A DNA stretch of 64,000 bases from Opitutia bacterium UBA3534. Its GTDB lineage: Bacteria; Verrucomicrobiota; Verrucomicrobiia; Opitutales; UBA3534. The stretch is from positions 37,191-101,190 of the forward strand of contig DFOT01000003.1 in assembly GCA_002376875.1 (NCBI GenBank), in the 5' to 3' direction. The notes under the pieces are model-generated. The model made no database searches. It was not told the origin of the DNA and saw only the letters and a list, made by a program, of their open reading frames with translations. The position numbers and the translations under genes were made by a program. Positions 47,611 through 56,941 of this stretch are shown piece by piece (positions within the stretch are counted from its first letter, which is position 1; each line of letters starts with the position of its first letter).

Positions 47611-48942
47611 ATGCTGTCTGGCATGCTTAATAAATGGTTTAAACTGGATGCTCATGGAACAACGCTTTCGCGTGAATTTATAGCAGGTCTTACTACATTT
47701 GCTGCAATGGCCTATATTTTGGCAGTGAATCCAGAAATCCTCTCTCAGGCAGGGATGGATCGTTCAGGGCTTATTACCGTTACTGCATTGGCGGCAGCTT
47801 TGGGGTGCTTTTTAATGGCTGGGTTTGCGAATATGCCTATAGCGCTTGCTCCAGGTATGGGGACTAACAGTTATTTTGCTTTTATTATTTGCTTAGGCAT
47901 GGGGGCGACTTGGCAACAAGCCCTAGCCATGGTCTTTTGGAACGGGATTTTATTTCTCATTCTATCCGTAACGGGCGCGCGCTCTAAGGTTATTGATGGT
48001 ATCCCAAATGCGATTAAAATTGGAGTGCAGTGTGGTTTAGGCCTGTTTATTGCCTTTATTGGGCTGCAAAAAACGCATTTGGTTGTGGGTAACCCGCACA
48101 CGCTGCTTGCCGTTGGGGATGTAACCTCAGCTTCTGCAGTTATGGCTCTAGGGGGCCTAGCCCTAATGGTTTTACTCACCTTGCGTGGCATTTCTGGGGC
48201 TATTATTATCTCAATCCTTTTGCTAACTGCAGTAGGTTCTTGCGTCACTTTTGGGGGCAGCTTCATTACCGTTTTGCCCAAAAGCTACGTTTCTTTGCCA
48301 GCGCCTATCGATCAGACTTTCTTTGCTTTAGATATTTGGTACCCCATCACTCATTTTAAGGAAGCTTACGCAACGGTCTTTACCTTATTTATCCTCGATT
48401 TATTCGATTCTATTGGGACTATTGTTGGGCTGTCACAGCGCGCAGGGCTTGCTGACAAGCAAGGCCGCATCCCTAAGTTAGGGGCTGCTCTAACTGCCGA
48501 TGCTACTGCAACTATTACGGGGGCTCTTTTAGGCACCTCTACCACCACAGCTTATATCGAATCTGCTACTGGTGTGGAATCTGGAGGGCGCACAGGCCTT
48601 ACTTCTGTGTTTGTTGGGCTTTTCTTTCTGGTGGCACTTTTCTTCACGCCTTTGATTTCCGTGATACCAAGCCAGGCCACAGCACCTGCATTGATGATGG
48701 TAGGTATTTTTATGATGCAAGGGGTGCGGCAGCTCAATTTTGATGACTTGGCCGAAACAGCGCCTGCATTCCTTACTTTGTTGATGATCCCTTTGACCTT
48801 CAGTATTACTCAAGGTATTAGTCTGGGGCTTTTGTTCTATATCGTTTTGGCTTTGCTTTCAGGACGTAAAGGCTGGGAAAAACTCTCCGGTACAACGCTC
48901 TTTTTGGGGGCACTCTTTGTATTGCACTACATTTTATTGTAG
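47611..48942 (+). CDS. NCS2/AzgA-family purine (adenine/guanine/hypoxanthine) permease
   Basis: 443 aa polytopic protein. N-terminus FKLDAHGTTLSREFIAGLTTFAAMAYILAVNP is typical of the AzgA/PurP subgroup. Confidence 0.85.
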   Translation: MLSGMLNKWFKLDAHGTTLSREFIAGLTTFAAMAYILAVNPEILSQAGMDRSGLITVTALAAALGCFLMAGFANMPIALAPGMGTNSYFAFIICLGMGATWQQALAMVFWNGILFLILSVTGARSKVIDGIPNAIKIGVQCGLGLFIAFIGLQKTHLVVGNPHTLLAVGDVTSASAVMALGGLALMVLLTLRGISGAIIISILLLTAVGSCVTFGGSFITVLPKSYVSLPAPIDQTFFALDIWYPITHFKEAYATVFTLFILDLFDSIGTIVGLSQRAGLADKQGRIPKLGAALTADATATITGALLGTSTTTAYIESATGVESGGRTGLTSVFVGLFFLVALFFTPLISVIPSQATAPALMMVGIFMMQGVRQLNFDDLAETAPAFLTLLMIPLTFSITQGISLGLLFYIVLALLSGRKGWEKLSGTTLFLGALFVLHYILL

Positions 48943-49314
48943 CCTTAGGCACTCTACGAGTGCAAATACCCAGAGTACACCGCTAAAGATTAAACTCAGG
49001 CATACAGCTGCACTGCCCATATCTTTAATCTTCTTGGCTGTTGGGTGCTTCTTCGAGGAGATGTAGTCTACTGCTAGCTCTAGGCTGCAGTTGATAAGCT
49101 CTACGATGAGCACCAAGAAAAAGCTGCTAATTAGCAAAAGCTTTAAGTAAAGGGCTATGGGTAGAAGGCTGGCTATAGGGGTAAGGATAATCGCTAAGAT
49201 TACCTCTTGGCGGAAGGCAGTTTCATTGCGCAAGGCATGTATAATGCCATCCCAGGAATAGCCAGCTGCTTTAATAATGCGGGCTATTCCTGTGGGTTTA
49301 GGCGGTTTCTTCAT
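48934..49314 (-). CDS. dgkA: Diacylglycerol kinase (DgkA family)
   Basis: 126 aa with three TM helices. DgkA-like sequence AAGYSWDGIIHALRNETAFRQE...ELINCSLELAVD. Confidence 0.85.
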   Translation of the reverse strand: MKKPPKPTGIARIIKAAGYSWDGIIHALRNETAFRQEVILAIILTPIASLLPIALYLKLLLISSFFLVLIVELINCSLELAVDYISSKKHPTAKKIKDMGSAAVCLSLIFSGVLWVFALVECLRLQ

Positions 49315-49323
49315 TGTAGAAGT

Positions 49324-51090
49324 TTAGTTCATTTCTTCCCCCGTGAGGGCGTTAAAGACCTTAAAGTTTTCGATATGGAAATTAGGATCTGCCCGGAAGG
49401 AAAGCTTGATGTTGAACAGTTGTTCTAGGTCAAGAAGGAGGTTTTCATCCTCATTGCGCAAACGTTCTAGAACGCTCGGGTTGAGGAAGACACGCATTGC
49501 GATAAGTTCGTTATCCCCCTGGCGCTTCCTGAGGTAGCGTACCACGCTATTAATCTTACGTTGGATTTCTACACTCATGCTCCGTGGGGATTTTACAGTC
49601 CCGCGGCCTGCGCAGTAAGGGCAAGTTTCATAAATGCCCCGGGCCGTACTTTCTTGATGGCGCTGGCGGGTCATCTGCATGATTCCTAGTTGTGAGATCG
49701 GCAGAACATGACTTTTAGCCTTATCAGCAGCCATTTCATCACGCATGCATTTCAGGACTGCATTACGGTCCCGTTTGCTCTTCATGTCAATGAAGTCTAC
49801 AATGATGAGCCCTCCGATATTACGGAGCCGGATTTGTCGGGCGGCCTCCCGGGCGGCTTCTAGGTTAGCTTGGAGGATATAATCCTTACCGTCTTTACTA
49901 GATCCTCTGTGGGAGCCCGTATTTACGTCAATCGCTGTGAGTGCTTCGGTCTCTTCGATGACAATTTCACCCCCTGAAGGTAGCGAAACATTGCGCATGA
50001 AGGTTTGTTCGATTTGGCGCTCGATATTAAAACGCTCGAAGATGGGGATACTTTCCCCGAAAAGATTAATCTTAGATTTTGATCGTGGGGAAATCTCCGA
50101 GATGTTGTCACACATGCGTGCGTGGTCATCTTCCGTATCAATGAGCACTCGGTCGATCTCTTCTGTTAAGAAATCGCGAACTGTTCTTTCCACAAGATCA
50201 GGCTCTTGGTAAACAAGTCCGCAGGGCTCATCAGAGTCAATGGCCTCTTGGATCTTTTCCCATTTTTTGAGCAAAATGTGTAAATCACGTATAAAGAAGC
50301 GCAATTGCTTGCCTTCACCCGCTGTGCGAACAATCACCCCCATGCCTTCAGGGATGGTCAGCTTGCCGAGTACTTTCTTGAGGCGGTTGCGCTCGCGTGG
50401 GTCTTCAATCTTACGAGAAATCCCGCATTGGCCAGAGTAGGGCATCAAGACCATGTAACGACCAGGGATTGCGAGGTTAGTCGTGGTACGTGGTCCTTTG
50501 TCACCGATTTGAGCCTTAGTGATTTGCACCACAATATCCGTCCCTATTGGATAGATCTTAGGGATGTCCTTAAGTGAGACCTTGTCTTTGCGGCGTTTTT
50601 GTTCTTCGGTTCGGTTTTCACGGACAATCTCAACCGCAGAGTCATTGTTGGTAGGGATAATGTCCCAATAGTGAAGGAAGGCATTTTTCTCTTGGCCAAT
50701 ATCCACAAAAGCAGCCTTTAGGCCTGGCTCTAGGTTTTGGATTTGTCCCTTAAAGATAGCACCGACCATGCGGTTTTCCCCGACCCGCTCAATTTCAAAC
50801 TTCTCAAGAACACCATCCTCTAGAAGGGCAACCCGCTTTTCGAGTGGCTCCGAGTTGATGATAAGCTCCCGGAAGGTGTTGTCCTCACGCTTAATCGCCT
50901 TAACGATTTTCTGGAGCATAGGCTGCTTTTTAGCACGTTTGCGAGCAGCTTTCTTGAGTACGCCTTGGGCAGGCGCCTCTACTTTTTTCTCTTTAGGTTT
51001 AGATTTAAGATCTTCTAGTACTTCGGGGCTAGGCTCTTTAGGGGCTCTAGGCTTTTTCCTACGATTACGTTTGTTAGTTTCTTGCGACAT
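49324..51090 (-). CDS. rng: Rne/Rng-family endoribonuclease (RNase G/E-like) with a basic N-terminal extension
   Basis: 588 aa. S1-like segment ([23 protein letters not shown]), catalytic core ([17 protein letters not shown]...[11 protein letters not shown]) and Zn-link CPYCAGRG. Confidence 0.85.
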   Translation of the reverse strand: MSQETNKRNRRKKPRAPKEPSPEVLEDLKSKPKEKKVEAPAQGVLKKAARKRAKKQPMLQKIVKAIKREDNTFRELIINSEPLEKRVALLEDGVLEKFEIERVGENRMVGAIFKGQIQNLEPGLKAAFVDIGQEKNAFLHYWDIIPTNNDSAVEIVRENRTEEQKRRKDKVSLKDIPKIYPIGTDIVVQITKAQIGDKGPRTTTNLAIPGRYMVLMPYSGQCGISRKIEDPRERNRLKKVLGKLTIPEGMGVIVRTAGEGKQLRFFIRDLHILLKKWEKIQEAIDSDEPCGLVYQEPDLVERTVRDFLTEEIDRVLIDTEDDHARMCDNISEISPRSKSKINLFGESIPIFERFNIERQIEQTFMRNVSLPSGGEIVIEETEALTAIDVNTGSHRGSSKDGKDYILQANLEAAREAARQIRLRNIGGLIIVDFIDMKSKRDRNAVLKCMRDEMAADKAKSHVLPISQLGIMQMTRQRHQESTARGIYETCPYCAGRGTVKSPRSMSVEIQRKINSVVRYLRKRQGDNELIAMRVFLNPSVLERLRNEDENLLLDLEQLFNIKLSFRADPNFHIENFKVFNALTGEEMN

Positions 51091-51151
51091 ATGACGATTT
51101 CTTTATCGGGGCCATTCGCAAGCTGTATATTTCTTATAAAAGACAAAATGT

Positions 51152-52384
51152 TCATGCAAAGTCCTTCCTAAAGCGATAAACGCTTTGTATCAGTCCTTGA
51201 AGGATGCAACAGCTTAATACGAAAGAGCCACCGTAACTTAAAAATGGAAGTGGAAGTCCGGTGATTGGCATGAGCCCAATGGTCATCCCAATATTGACAA
51301 AAATGTGAACCATGAAAATAGCACTGATGCCCACAGCCAGATAAAGGCCAAAGCGATCACGTGCTAACCCTGCAATGCGGATACCGTTAAGTACCAGCAA
51401 AGAGTAAAGTCCAATGACGAAGAGCCCTCCTATAAATCCTTTCTCTTCGGCGAATACAGAAAAAATAAAGTCGTTGGATGCCACAGATTGCGGCAGATAC
51501 CCCAACTTTGATTGTGTACTCTTGTTGTGTCCTTTTCCTACAAGCCCTCCAGACCCGACTGAAATGAGTGATTGGCGTAAGTTCCAGCTTATGCCAATAC
51601 CTCTAGGGTCGATAACCTCAGGCGCTGCAAAGGAGAGTATGCGGTTGCGCTGATAGTCTTTGAGGGGGACCCAGGAATGCTTTTCATAAGCACCCTGATC
51701 TCTTATAGGTGATAGATTATTCTCTTTTAAGAATTTGTTGTAGCCATGGATGTCTAGGCCTACCACCGCTACCCCTATTAAGAATATAGCAAAAAAGGTG
51801 ATAAAGAAGCGCTCAGACAAATTAGAGACATACAACATCGAGAAAACCATCGGAGGAAATACAAGGGATGATCCTAGGTCTGGCTGTAGAAAAATCAATA
51901 AAATAGGGAGAGAAAAGACAGCCGCTGTTTTAAAGAGGATCGCGTATGATTCTCGGACAGTTTTAATCTCAGAGCGTGCTAAAACACTAGCTATTAATAT
52001 TGCTGTACCAATTTTTGCCGTATCTGAGGGTTGGATATGGAATACTTTGAGGTCTAGCCACCGTAATGCTCCAAAGGCCTGCTTCCCTAAAGGGGTCCAA
52101 AGGGCTAATAACAGTAGAATACAAACGCCATAGATCCAGTGGGCATTCCTGAGGTAGAGCTTGTAGTCGATAAGCGAGGTCAGCATGTAGAGGCCTGCCC
52201 CTGCTAAAAGCCATACAATCTGGCTTTTCCATTGAGTGCCCCCGCTATAACTCTGGGCCGAATAGATGAAAAACACCCCAATAATACCCAGGATTAGCAT
52301 GCACATGGGTGTGATCGGGTCAGAGCGGTACCTCTCAGTCTTATTGAGGACGCGGCCTATTTCTCTGTTTAACTTACTTATCAT
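51152..52384 (-). CDS. FtsW/RodA/SpoVE-family (SEDS) peptidoglycan polymerase
   Basis: Polytopic protein with the C-terminal SEDS motif GLMPITGLPLPFLSYGGS. ATG 52384 is preferred over the track TTG at 52426. Confidence 0.85.
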   Translation of the reverse strand: MISKLNREIGRVLNKTERYRSDPITPMCMLILGIIGVFFIYSAQSYSGGTQWKSQIVWLLAGAGLYMLTSLIDYKLYLRNAHWIYGVCILLLLALWTPLGKQAFGALRWLDLKVFHIQPSDTAKIGTAILIASVLARSEIKTVRESYAILFKTAAVFSLPILLIFLQPDLGSSLVFPPMVFSMLYVSNLSERFFITFFAIFLIGVAVVGLDIHGYNKFLKENNLSPIRDQGAYEKHSWVPLKDYQRNRILSFAAPEVIDPRGIGISWNLRQSLISVGSGGLVGKGHNKSTQSKLGYLPQSVASNDFIFSVFAEEKGFIGGLFVIGLYSLLVLNGIRIAGLARDRFGLYLAVGISAIFMVHIFVNIGMTIGLMPITGLPLPFLSYGGSFVLSCCILQGLIQSVYRFRKDFA

Positions 52385-52454
52385 CAATGGCTTAAGCCAT
52401 AATAAGGAATCAGCCCTTAAAGGCAAGCCGGAAAGAGGCTAGAGCACTCTCACT

Positions 52455-52877
52455 TTAGGCTTCAGAGCAGATTTTTTGGCTCGTGGGGGTTTGGTCCTTA
52501 TACGCACTTTGGACACCCTTGATTTGTTTACGAGCTTGGTAACATTCTGCAAGTTCTGCTTGGGTGTGGCTCATCATGTCTCGCAGTAAGACATTGTTTT
52601 CCTCTTGGTTTTTGAAGAGGAGCTTTATGCGCTGGTCGAGCTCCTGGTTCTTTTGAGGGCCTAGGCCTGCGGCTTCTTTAGCCTCAATAAGGCCCTTCAG
52701 GAGAGTATCCTTTTGGTTCAAGAGCTTCCCGATATAGTCAAAATTGTGTTCTTTGAGCGCGAAGTTTTCCTCTTCGACTAGGCTTTCAAAATTAGAGAGG
52801 AGGCGAAAGAATCTTTGGGCAGCTTTTGACTGCTTAGCAGTGTGTGTTTTATGTGCGATTTCTTCAAACTCAGGCAT
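52455..52877 (-). CDS. Flagellar export chaperone, FlgN/FliT-like
   Basis: 140 aa, helical. FlgN-like pattern LLSNFESLVEEENFALKEHNFDYIGKLLNQKDTLLKGL. It overlaps the fliS stop by 8 nt. Confidence 0.45.
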   Translation of the reverse strand: MPEFEEIAHKTHTAKQSKAAQRFFRLLSNFESLVEEENFALKEHNFDYIGKLLNQKDTLLKGLIEAKEAAGLGPQKNQELDQRIKLLFKNQEENNVLLRDMMSHTQAELAECYQARKQIKGVQSAYKDQTPTSQKICSEA

Positions 52878-53301
52878 TGCTCGAGAAGGATGCGCGGTTT
52901 GCTTTGTGTTGTGTTTGAGTGTTGCCTAGCATTTCTTCCCAGGCGTTACGAATTTCATTAAGGTGGCTCACCACATTTTCAATGGGGGCCTTGTCTTTCT
53001 TAACATTAGCCTGGCTAAGCTCCTGGTGCATGTAGCCGTAAAGGCCGTACATGGTTTTAGCAAAGTCTCCGCCTTTTTCTAGGTCCAGGCTAGTTTGCAA
53101 CTCGAGGATAATGTTCTGAGCCTTGGTTAAATTATTATGGATAGCTTCATTGCGCTTCACGATATCTTCTTCGTCAAAGCCTTTTTGGGCAGCTTCCATG
53201 AAGCGTAGGGCGCCATCGAATAGCATGAGGATGACTTTCCCTGGAGAGGATGTTTCTACAGATGCAGACTGGTAGGATTTAGCAAACTTATTTTGGGGCA
53301 T
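52870..53301 (-). CDS. fliS: Flagellin-specific chaperone FliS
   Basis: 143 aa. FliS-like sequence YQSASVETSSPGKVILMLFDGALRFMEAAQ...LYGYMHQEL. Confidence 0.85.
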   Translation of the reverse strand: MPQNKFAKSYQSASVETSSPGKVILMLFDGALRFMEAAQKGFDEEDIVKRNEAIHNNLTKAQNIILELQTSLDLEKGGDFAKTMYGLYGYMHQELSQANVKKDKAPIENVVSHLNEIRNAWEEMLGNTQTQHKANRASFSSNA

Positions 53302-53327
53302 GGGGTGTTGTTGCGGGGGTAAAAAGA

Positions 53328-53681
53328 TCAGGTCTGGGCGGAGGCCTCATCTTGCGTGTCAGTACTTAAAATGGTTTTTGCTAAATCAGGCGTAGAGATG
53401 AGCGCATCAAGATCCGCATCAGAAGGCCAGTTGGCGTCTTCGCCCCAGCCTTCCTTCTTTGCCTGTTCGATTACCTCAGGCCGGACATTGTTGTTTAGTT
53501 CTTCCATAATCTTGTTACGGTGCTCTAAGGAAGCGCTAGAAAGTTGGTCAATTGTTCCTGTGTCTTGAGCAGTCGTGCTTGTACTCGATTTTTCGGCCCC
53601 TTGGGTTGAGGGTTTAGAGACAAGCTTATTGGTCACTCCTGGTTGAGGAGCTTGTGGGCTTAATTCGTTGATTTCAGACAT
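53328..53681 (-). CDS. Putative anti-sigma-28 factor FlgM-like protein
   Basis: 117 aa. The N-terminal half is S/T/Q-rich and disordered; the C-terminus (IDQLSSASLE...NNVRPEVIEQAKKEG...) loosely follows the FlgM pattern. It is preceded by a sigma-28-like promoter. Weak call. Confidence 0.4.
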   Translation of the reverse strand: MSEINELSPQAPQPGVTNKLVSKPSTQGAEKSSTSTTAQDTGTIDQLSSASLEHRNKIMEELNNNVRPEVIEQAKKEGWGEDANWPSDADLDALISTPDLAKTILSTDTQDEASAQT

Positions 53682-53720
53682 GGAGATAAGTTGCTAATTG
53701 TACTCCAATCCTAACATATA

Positions 53721-53747
53721 GTGTCGGACTGAGGAAGAAAAACTTCA
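53721..53747 (-). promoter_or_regulatory. Candidate sigma-28-type promoter for the FlgM-like/fliS operon
   Basis: The minus strand reads TGAAGTTT-N11-TCCGACAC. The -10 element ends 39 nt upstream of ATG 53681. Confidence 0.35.
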
Positions 53748-54437
53748 CTATTCATTTGATAATATGGTACTAAAAGCAGCGTTGGCTGCGTATCTTGAAA
53801 ATCGGGTAGGGCTTTGGAGGATATTGGCTGAATTGTCCAGAGGGTAGGGGTTTCGGATATAGGAGCGTTGGAAGCGACGGGCCGCAGCTGCTACGCGAGG
53901 ATTTCCAGCATCGAAGATATCATCAAAAGCCCATAGGGTTTGGTTGCTTTTCAGGGAAATCAGCTGGGTACGTAGGCCAATGGCCAAGGGTTTATAGGGG
54001 GCATAGTAGGTTAGCTCAGTAATAAGGACCCCATCGGCAGCGTATTTTTCTTTGAGTGTTTTAAGAAAATTAGCCGGTAAGGGGGCTGCCGCGCTGAGCT
54101 GGTTTATGCTGAATAGCTCCATAAGGTCATGTCGGCTTAGGGGGATGACCTCAAACAGATTCCTTTTGGCAAATTCAGATTTTATAGAGTGGTCGATGCG
54201 ATCTAGGAAGGGGCCTGAATCAGGGCCATAGTACAGAGGTAAGGCAACTACCCGTACAATATTCTCCTTAGGCGTAGGAGAGAGCTCGTCTACTGGGGGG
54301 TTGTAAACATTCTGAGGCTTATAAGAGGGAACGAGTAGGCCTGCTGCTGCAACTCGCTCACTGTGGGTGCAGCCAGTCAGTAGGCCTAAGGCCATTAAGC
54401 AAAAAAGAAAAGTGGGGTAGTATTTTGGGCGCTTCAT
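53748..54437 (-). CDS. Lipoprotein of unknown function embedded in the flagellar cluster
   Basis: 229 aa. Lipobox LGLLTGC. The ATG overlaps the fliD stop (TAATG). By eye it has an LpoB/LPP20/DUF799-like pattern (VVALPLYYG...EVIPLSRHDL...ADGVLITELTYY). Confidence 0.6.
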   Translation of the reverse strand: MKRPKYYPTFLFCLMALGLLTGCTHSERVAAAGLLVPSYKPQNVYNPPVDELSPTPKENIVRVVALPLYYGPDSGPFLDRIDHSIKSEFAKRNLFEVIPLSRHDLMELFSINQLSAAAPLPANFLKTLKEKYAADGVLITELTYYAPYKPLAIGLRTQLISLKSNQTLWAFDDIFDAGNPRVAAAARRFQRSYIRNPYPLDNSANILQSPTRFSRYAANAAFSTILSNE

Positions 54438-56824
54438 TAGAGTCCAAGTCGGGCACTTAAAACTTGTGATTGGGTGTTAATTTTTTGCTGCGCTAGTTCC
54501 ATTTTTAGAAAGCTTGCTTTAAGACGTTTTTCTTCTGATTTAATATGACGCTCTAAAGAGGCAATTTGATCATCAAGACGTTTGTTCGTGGCTGTTATAA
54601 TATCAGTTTGTTTCTTAAAGAGTCCATCATAACTGACATAAGCTTCAATTATTTTGTCAATTGAGGCATAGAGCCCTCGTTCACTTTCGGCCTGATCTGC
54701 GTCTGCACTCTCATCTGTAGTGGCGACTTGGGTAAACAAGGTAGCCACTGAGCTCCCTTCATTTTTCAAGGCCTTAGTGAGTAGGGCTTCATCTTTTACC
54801 TCTAGCTCATTGCTTCCTTTTACAAAGTCAATACCCATATCTGCCAAACGTTTCACATCTCCTGCAAGGCCATCGACTGTTTTAAAAGCTTTGGTCCTTA
54901 GGTTCCGTGCAATGCTAGTGGCTTCTCCATAATCGCTTAAGTCCTCTTTCTTGATGACGGTCTTTCCATCTTTGTCAGTCTCTATAGTCGTCTTTGTCTT
55001 CATAGCGATGTAGGACTGGGCAATATTGTATTTTTCAATGAAAGCATCGATTTTTTCTCGGGTTTTTGCAGGGTCTGTGGTGACTTCCACCGTTTCAGTC
55101 ACGCCTGTCTTTTTTGCGGTAACTGTTAGGCCTGTAATCCCGTGTGAGGTAGAATCAAAATCGTTACTCGTACTGGTGAGGGTGCCTCCTCCATTAACCG
55201 TGTATTGAGCATTCACCCCTTTTGATAAGCTACTTGTTCCCAATAACCCCATGGCTTCCATCAACATCCCGCTGTCATCCTCGATGCTCACATCGAAGGA
55301 TCCTGTTTTATTATTAGTCATCACAAAACGGTCATTAAGCGCATCATAGGTCATATTGGCATTTGCTTCAGAGCTATTGATACGGGTAATAATCGCAGAA
55401 AGACTATCGACAGTACTGTCATAAGTGATGGTCTTGCCATTAACCTTAAAACTTCCTCCAGTGACTGTTAGGCTTTCAATAGCTGTTACGGTATCAATAT
55501 TGCCTAATTTCCCGCCACTGGCTAGGGAAGTTGCAGCATTATCAGGATCATGAGAAAGCTGTGCGACGGTGAGGAAATTGCTGGTATCTGCCCCATTGCC
55601 TACAGTAATGGTGGAGGCACTACTCAGGCCGATCTTTTGAGAGGTTGAATCATAGGTAGCGGTTACATCCCCACTTGTTGCTGTAGAGATTGAAGAGAAT
55701 ATGTCTGCCAGTGTATCTCCTGCATTAACGGTGACAGTGCTGCCATTAACGGTGAATGTCCCGGCCGAAAAAGTCTGTCCAAAGGGTGGTGTTAAATGAT
55801 AGGTATTAATAGCACTGCTGAGTGTAATCGGGCCTACAGCTGCAGAGCTATTAACAGTACCTGTTCCATTTGCAGTGAGTTTTGTTGCTGCGAGGAAGTT
55901 ACTGGTATCTCCAGAGTCACCCAAGGTAATTGCAGATCCGCTTGAGAGCGTTATTTTCTCGGTTCCGCTGTTGTAAGAGGCCGTGACGCTTCCACTGGTT
56001 GCCGTAGAAATCGCATCAAAAATATCTTGCATGCTATCTGTTGCGTTGACCGTAACAGTGTTACCATTAACGGTGAACGTCCCTGCGCTAACAGCGACTC
56101 CAAGCTTTGCTTTATCGACCGCAGAGTTTATGCCTGCAGCCCCTAGGCTTGTTTGGCTAGCAACCGTGCCGGTTCCGTTACTGTAAAGTTTTGTGGCGGC
56201 TAAAAAGTTACTAGAGTCTGCTGGGGTCCCTAAAACAATTTCAGAAGCACTACTGAGGGTAATCTTATCCGTAGTTGCATCATATGCTCCGGTAACATCT
56301 CCTCCTGTAGCAGTAGAGATTGCATCAAAAACGTCTTGGAGTGAGTCTGTAGTTTTGAGGCTGACCGTCTTCCCATTAACCGTGAAGCTCCCTTCTGTAA
56401 TAGCCGTATTGGTATTCATGAGTTCAACGGTTAGTCCACTCACATCGTTTGTTGTATTTAAACGTGCTCCTATGTTACTTGCTCCAGTGCGAGCACTTTT
56501 TGTGGCTAATTGAGTTACGTTAAAGTCGTAGTTTCCTGTTAAGGCTCCATTGTCTGCTTTTGCGCTGAATGCTAAATTGTTAGCATCATTGCCAATGACA
56601 GACGTGCTACGTCCATGGAAAGTCTTACTTTCTTTGAGGGCCTCAAGTGCTTTTTGGACGTCTTCGAGCCTACTTTTTAAATCACCAATCGCCGTTTGCT
56701 CTTTGAGGTTAACGGTCTTCTTACTTTGAATCTTAGTTTGGGGGATTCGCTCTATTTGTATTAATTGAGCGACAACAGGTTTCCAGTCGAAACCCCCTCC
56801 GAGTCCTGAAAGTTCAAGTGGCAT
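54437..56824 (-). CDS. fliD: Flagellar filament capping protein FliD (long form with internal repeats)
   Basis: 795 aa. FliD N-terminus (GLGGGFDWKPVVAQLIQIERIPQTKIQSKK), C-terminal FliD-like coiled region, and four central repeats. Confidence 0.85.
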   Translation of the reverse strand: MPLELSGLGGGFDWKPVVAQLIQIERIPQTKIQSKKTVNLKEQTAIGDLKSRLEDVQKALEALKESKTFHGRSTSVIGNDANNLAFSAKADNGALTGNYDFNVTQLATKSARTGASNIGARLNTTNDVSGLTVELMNTNTAITEGSFTVNGKTVSLKTTDSLQDVFDAISTATGGDVTGAYDATTDKITLSSASEIVLGTPADSSNFLAATKLYSNGTGTVASQTSLGAAGINSAVDKAKLGVAVSAGTFTVNGNTVTVNATDSMQDIFDAISTATSGSVTASYNSGTEKITLSSGSAITLGDSGDTSNFLAATKLTANGTGTVNSSAAVGPITLSSAINTYHLTPPFGQTFSAGTFTVNGSTVTVNAGDTLADIFSSISTATSGDVTATYDSTSQKIGLSSASTITVGNGADTSNFLTVAQLSHDPDNAATSLASGGKLGNIDTVTAIESLTVTGGSFKVNGKTITYDSTVDSLSAIITRINSSEANANMTYDALNDRFVMTNNKTGSFDVSIEDDSGMLMEAMGLLGTSSLSKGVNAQYTVNGGGTLTSTSNDFDSTSHGITGLTVTAKKTGVTETVEVTTDPAKTREKIDAFIEKYNIAQSYIAMKTKTTIETDKDGKTVIKKEDLSDYGEATSIARNLRTKAFKTVDGLAGDVKRLADMGIDFVKGSNELEVKDEALLTKALKNEGSSVATLFTQVATTDESADADQAESERGLYASIDKIIEAYVSYDGLFKKQTDIITATNKRLDDQIASLERHIKSEEKRLKASFLKMELAQQKINTQSQVLSARLGL
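55310..56395 (-). repeat. Four tandem ~100-107-aa repeats (flagellin 'IN'-type motif) inside fliD
   Basis: The repeat core G(S/T)F(T/K)VNG.TV...D(S/T)(L/M).D(I/V)F..ISTAT.G.VT..Y.....KI.LSS.S.I..G...D.SNFL starts near aa 146, 248, 355 and 457. The fourth copy is more diverged. Confidence 0.8.
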
Positions 56825-56866
56825 AGGGCGTTGTTGTGTGTTTGTGTGAAAAGAGTCCTTTAGATA

Positions 56867-56893
56867 GATCGTTGTGTTTAAAGGGTATCTTTA
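56867..56893 (-). promoter_or_regulatory. Weak candidate sigma-28-type promoter for fliD
   Basis: The minus strand reads TAAAGATA-N11-CAACGATC, with a CGAT core and one mismatch in CCGA. It lies 43 nt upstream of ATG 56824. Confidence 0.25.
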
Positions 56894-56941
56894 GGGCTAC
56901 CTAAGCAGAAGGTATGCCTATGTAGAAATAATACATTACCA

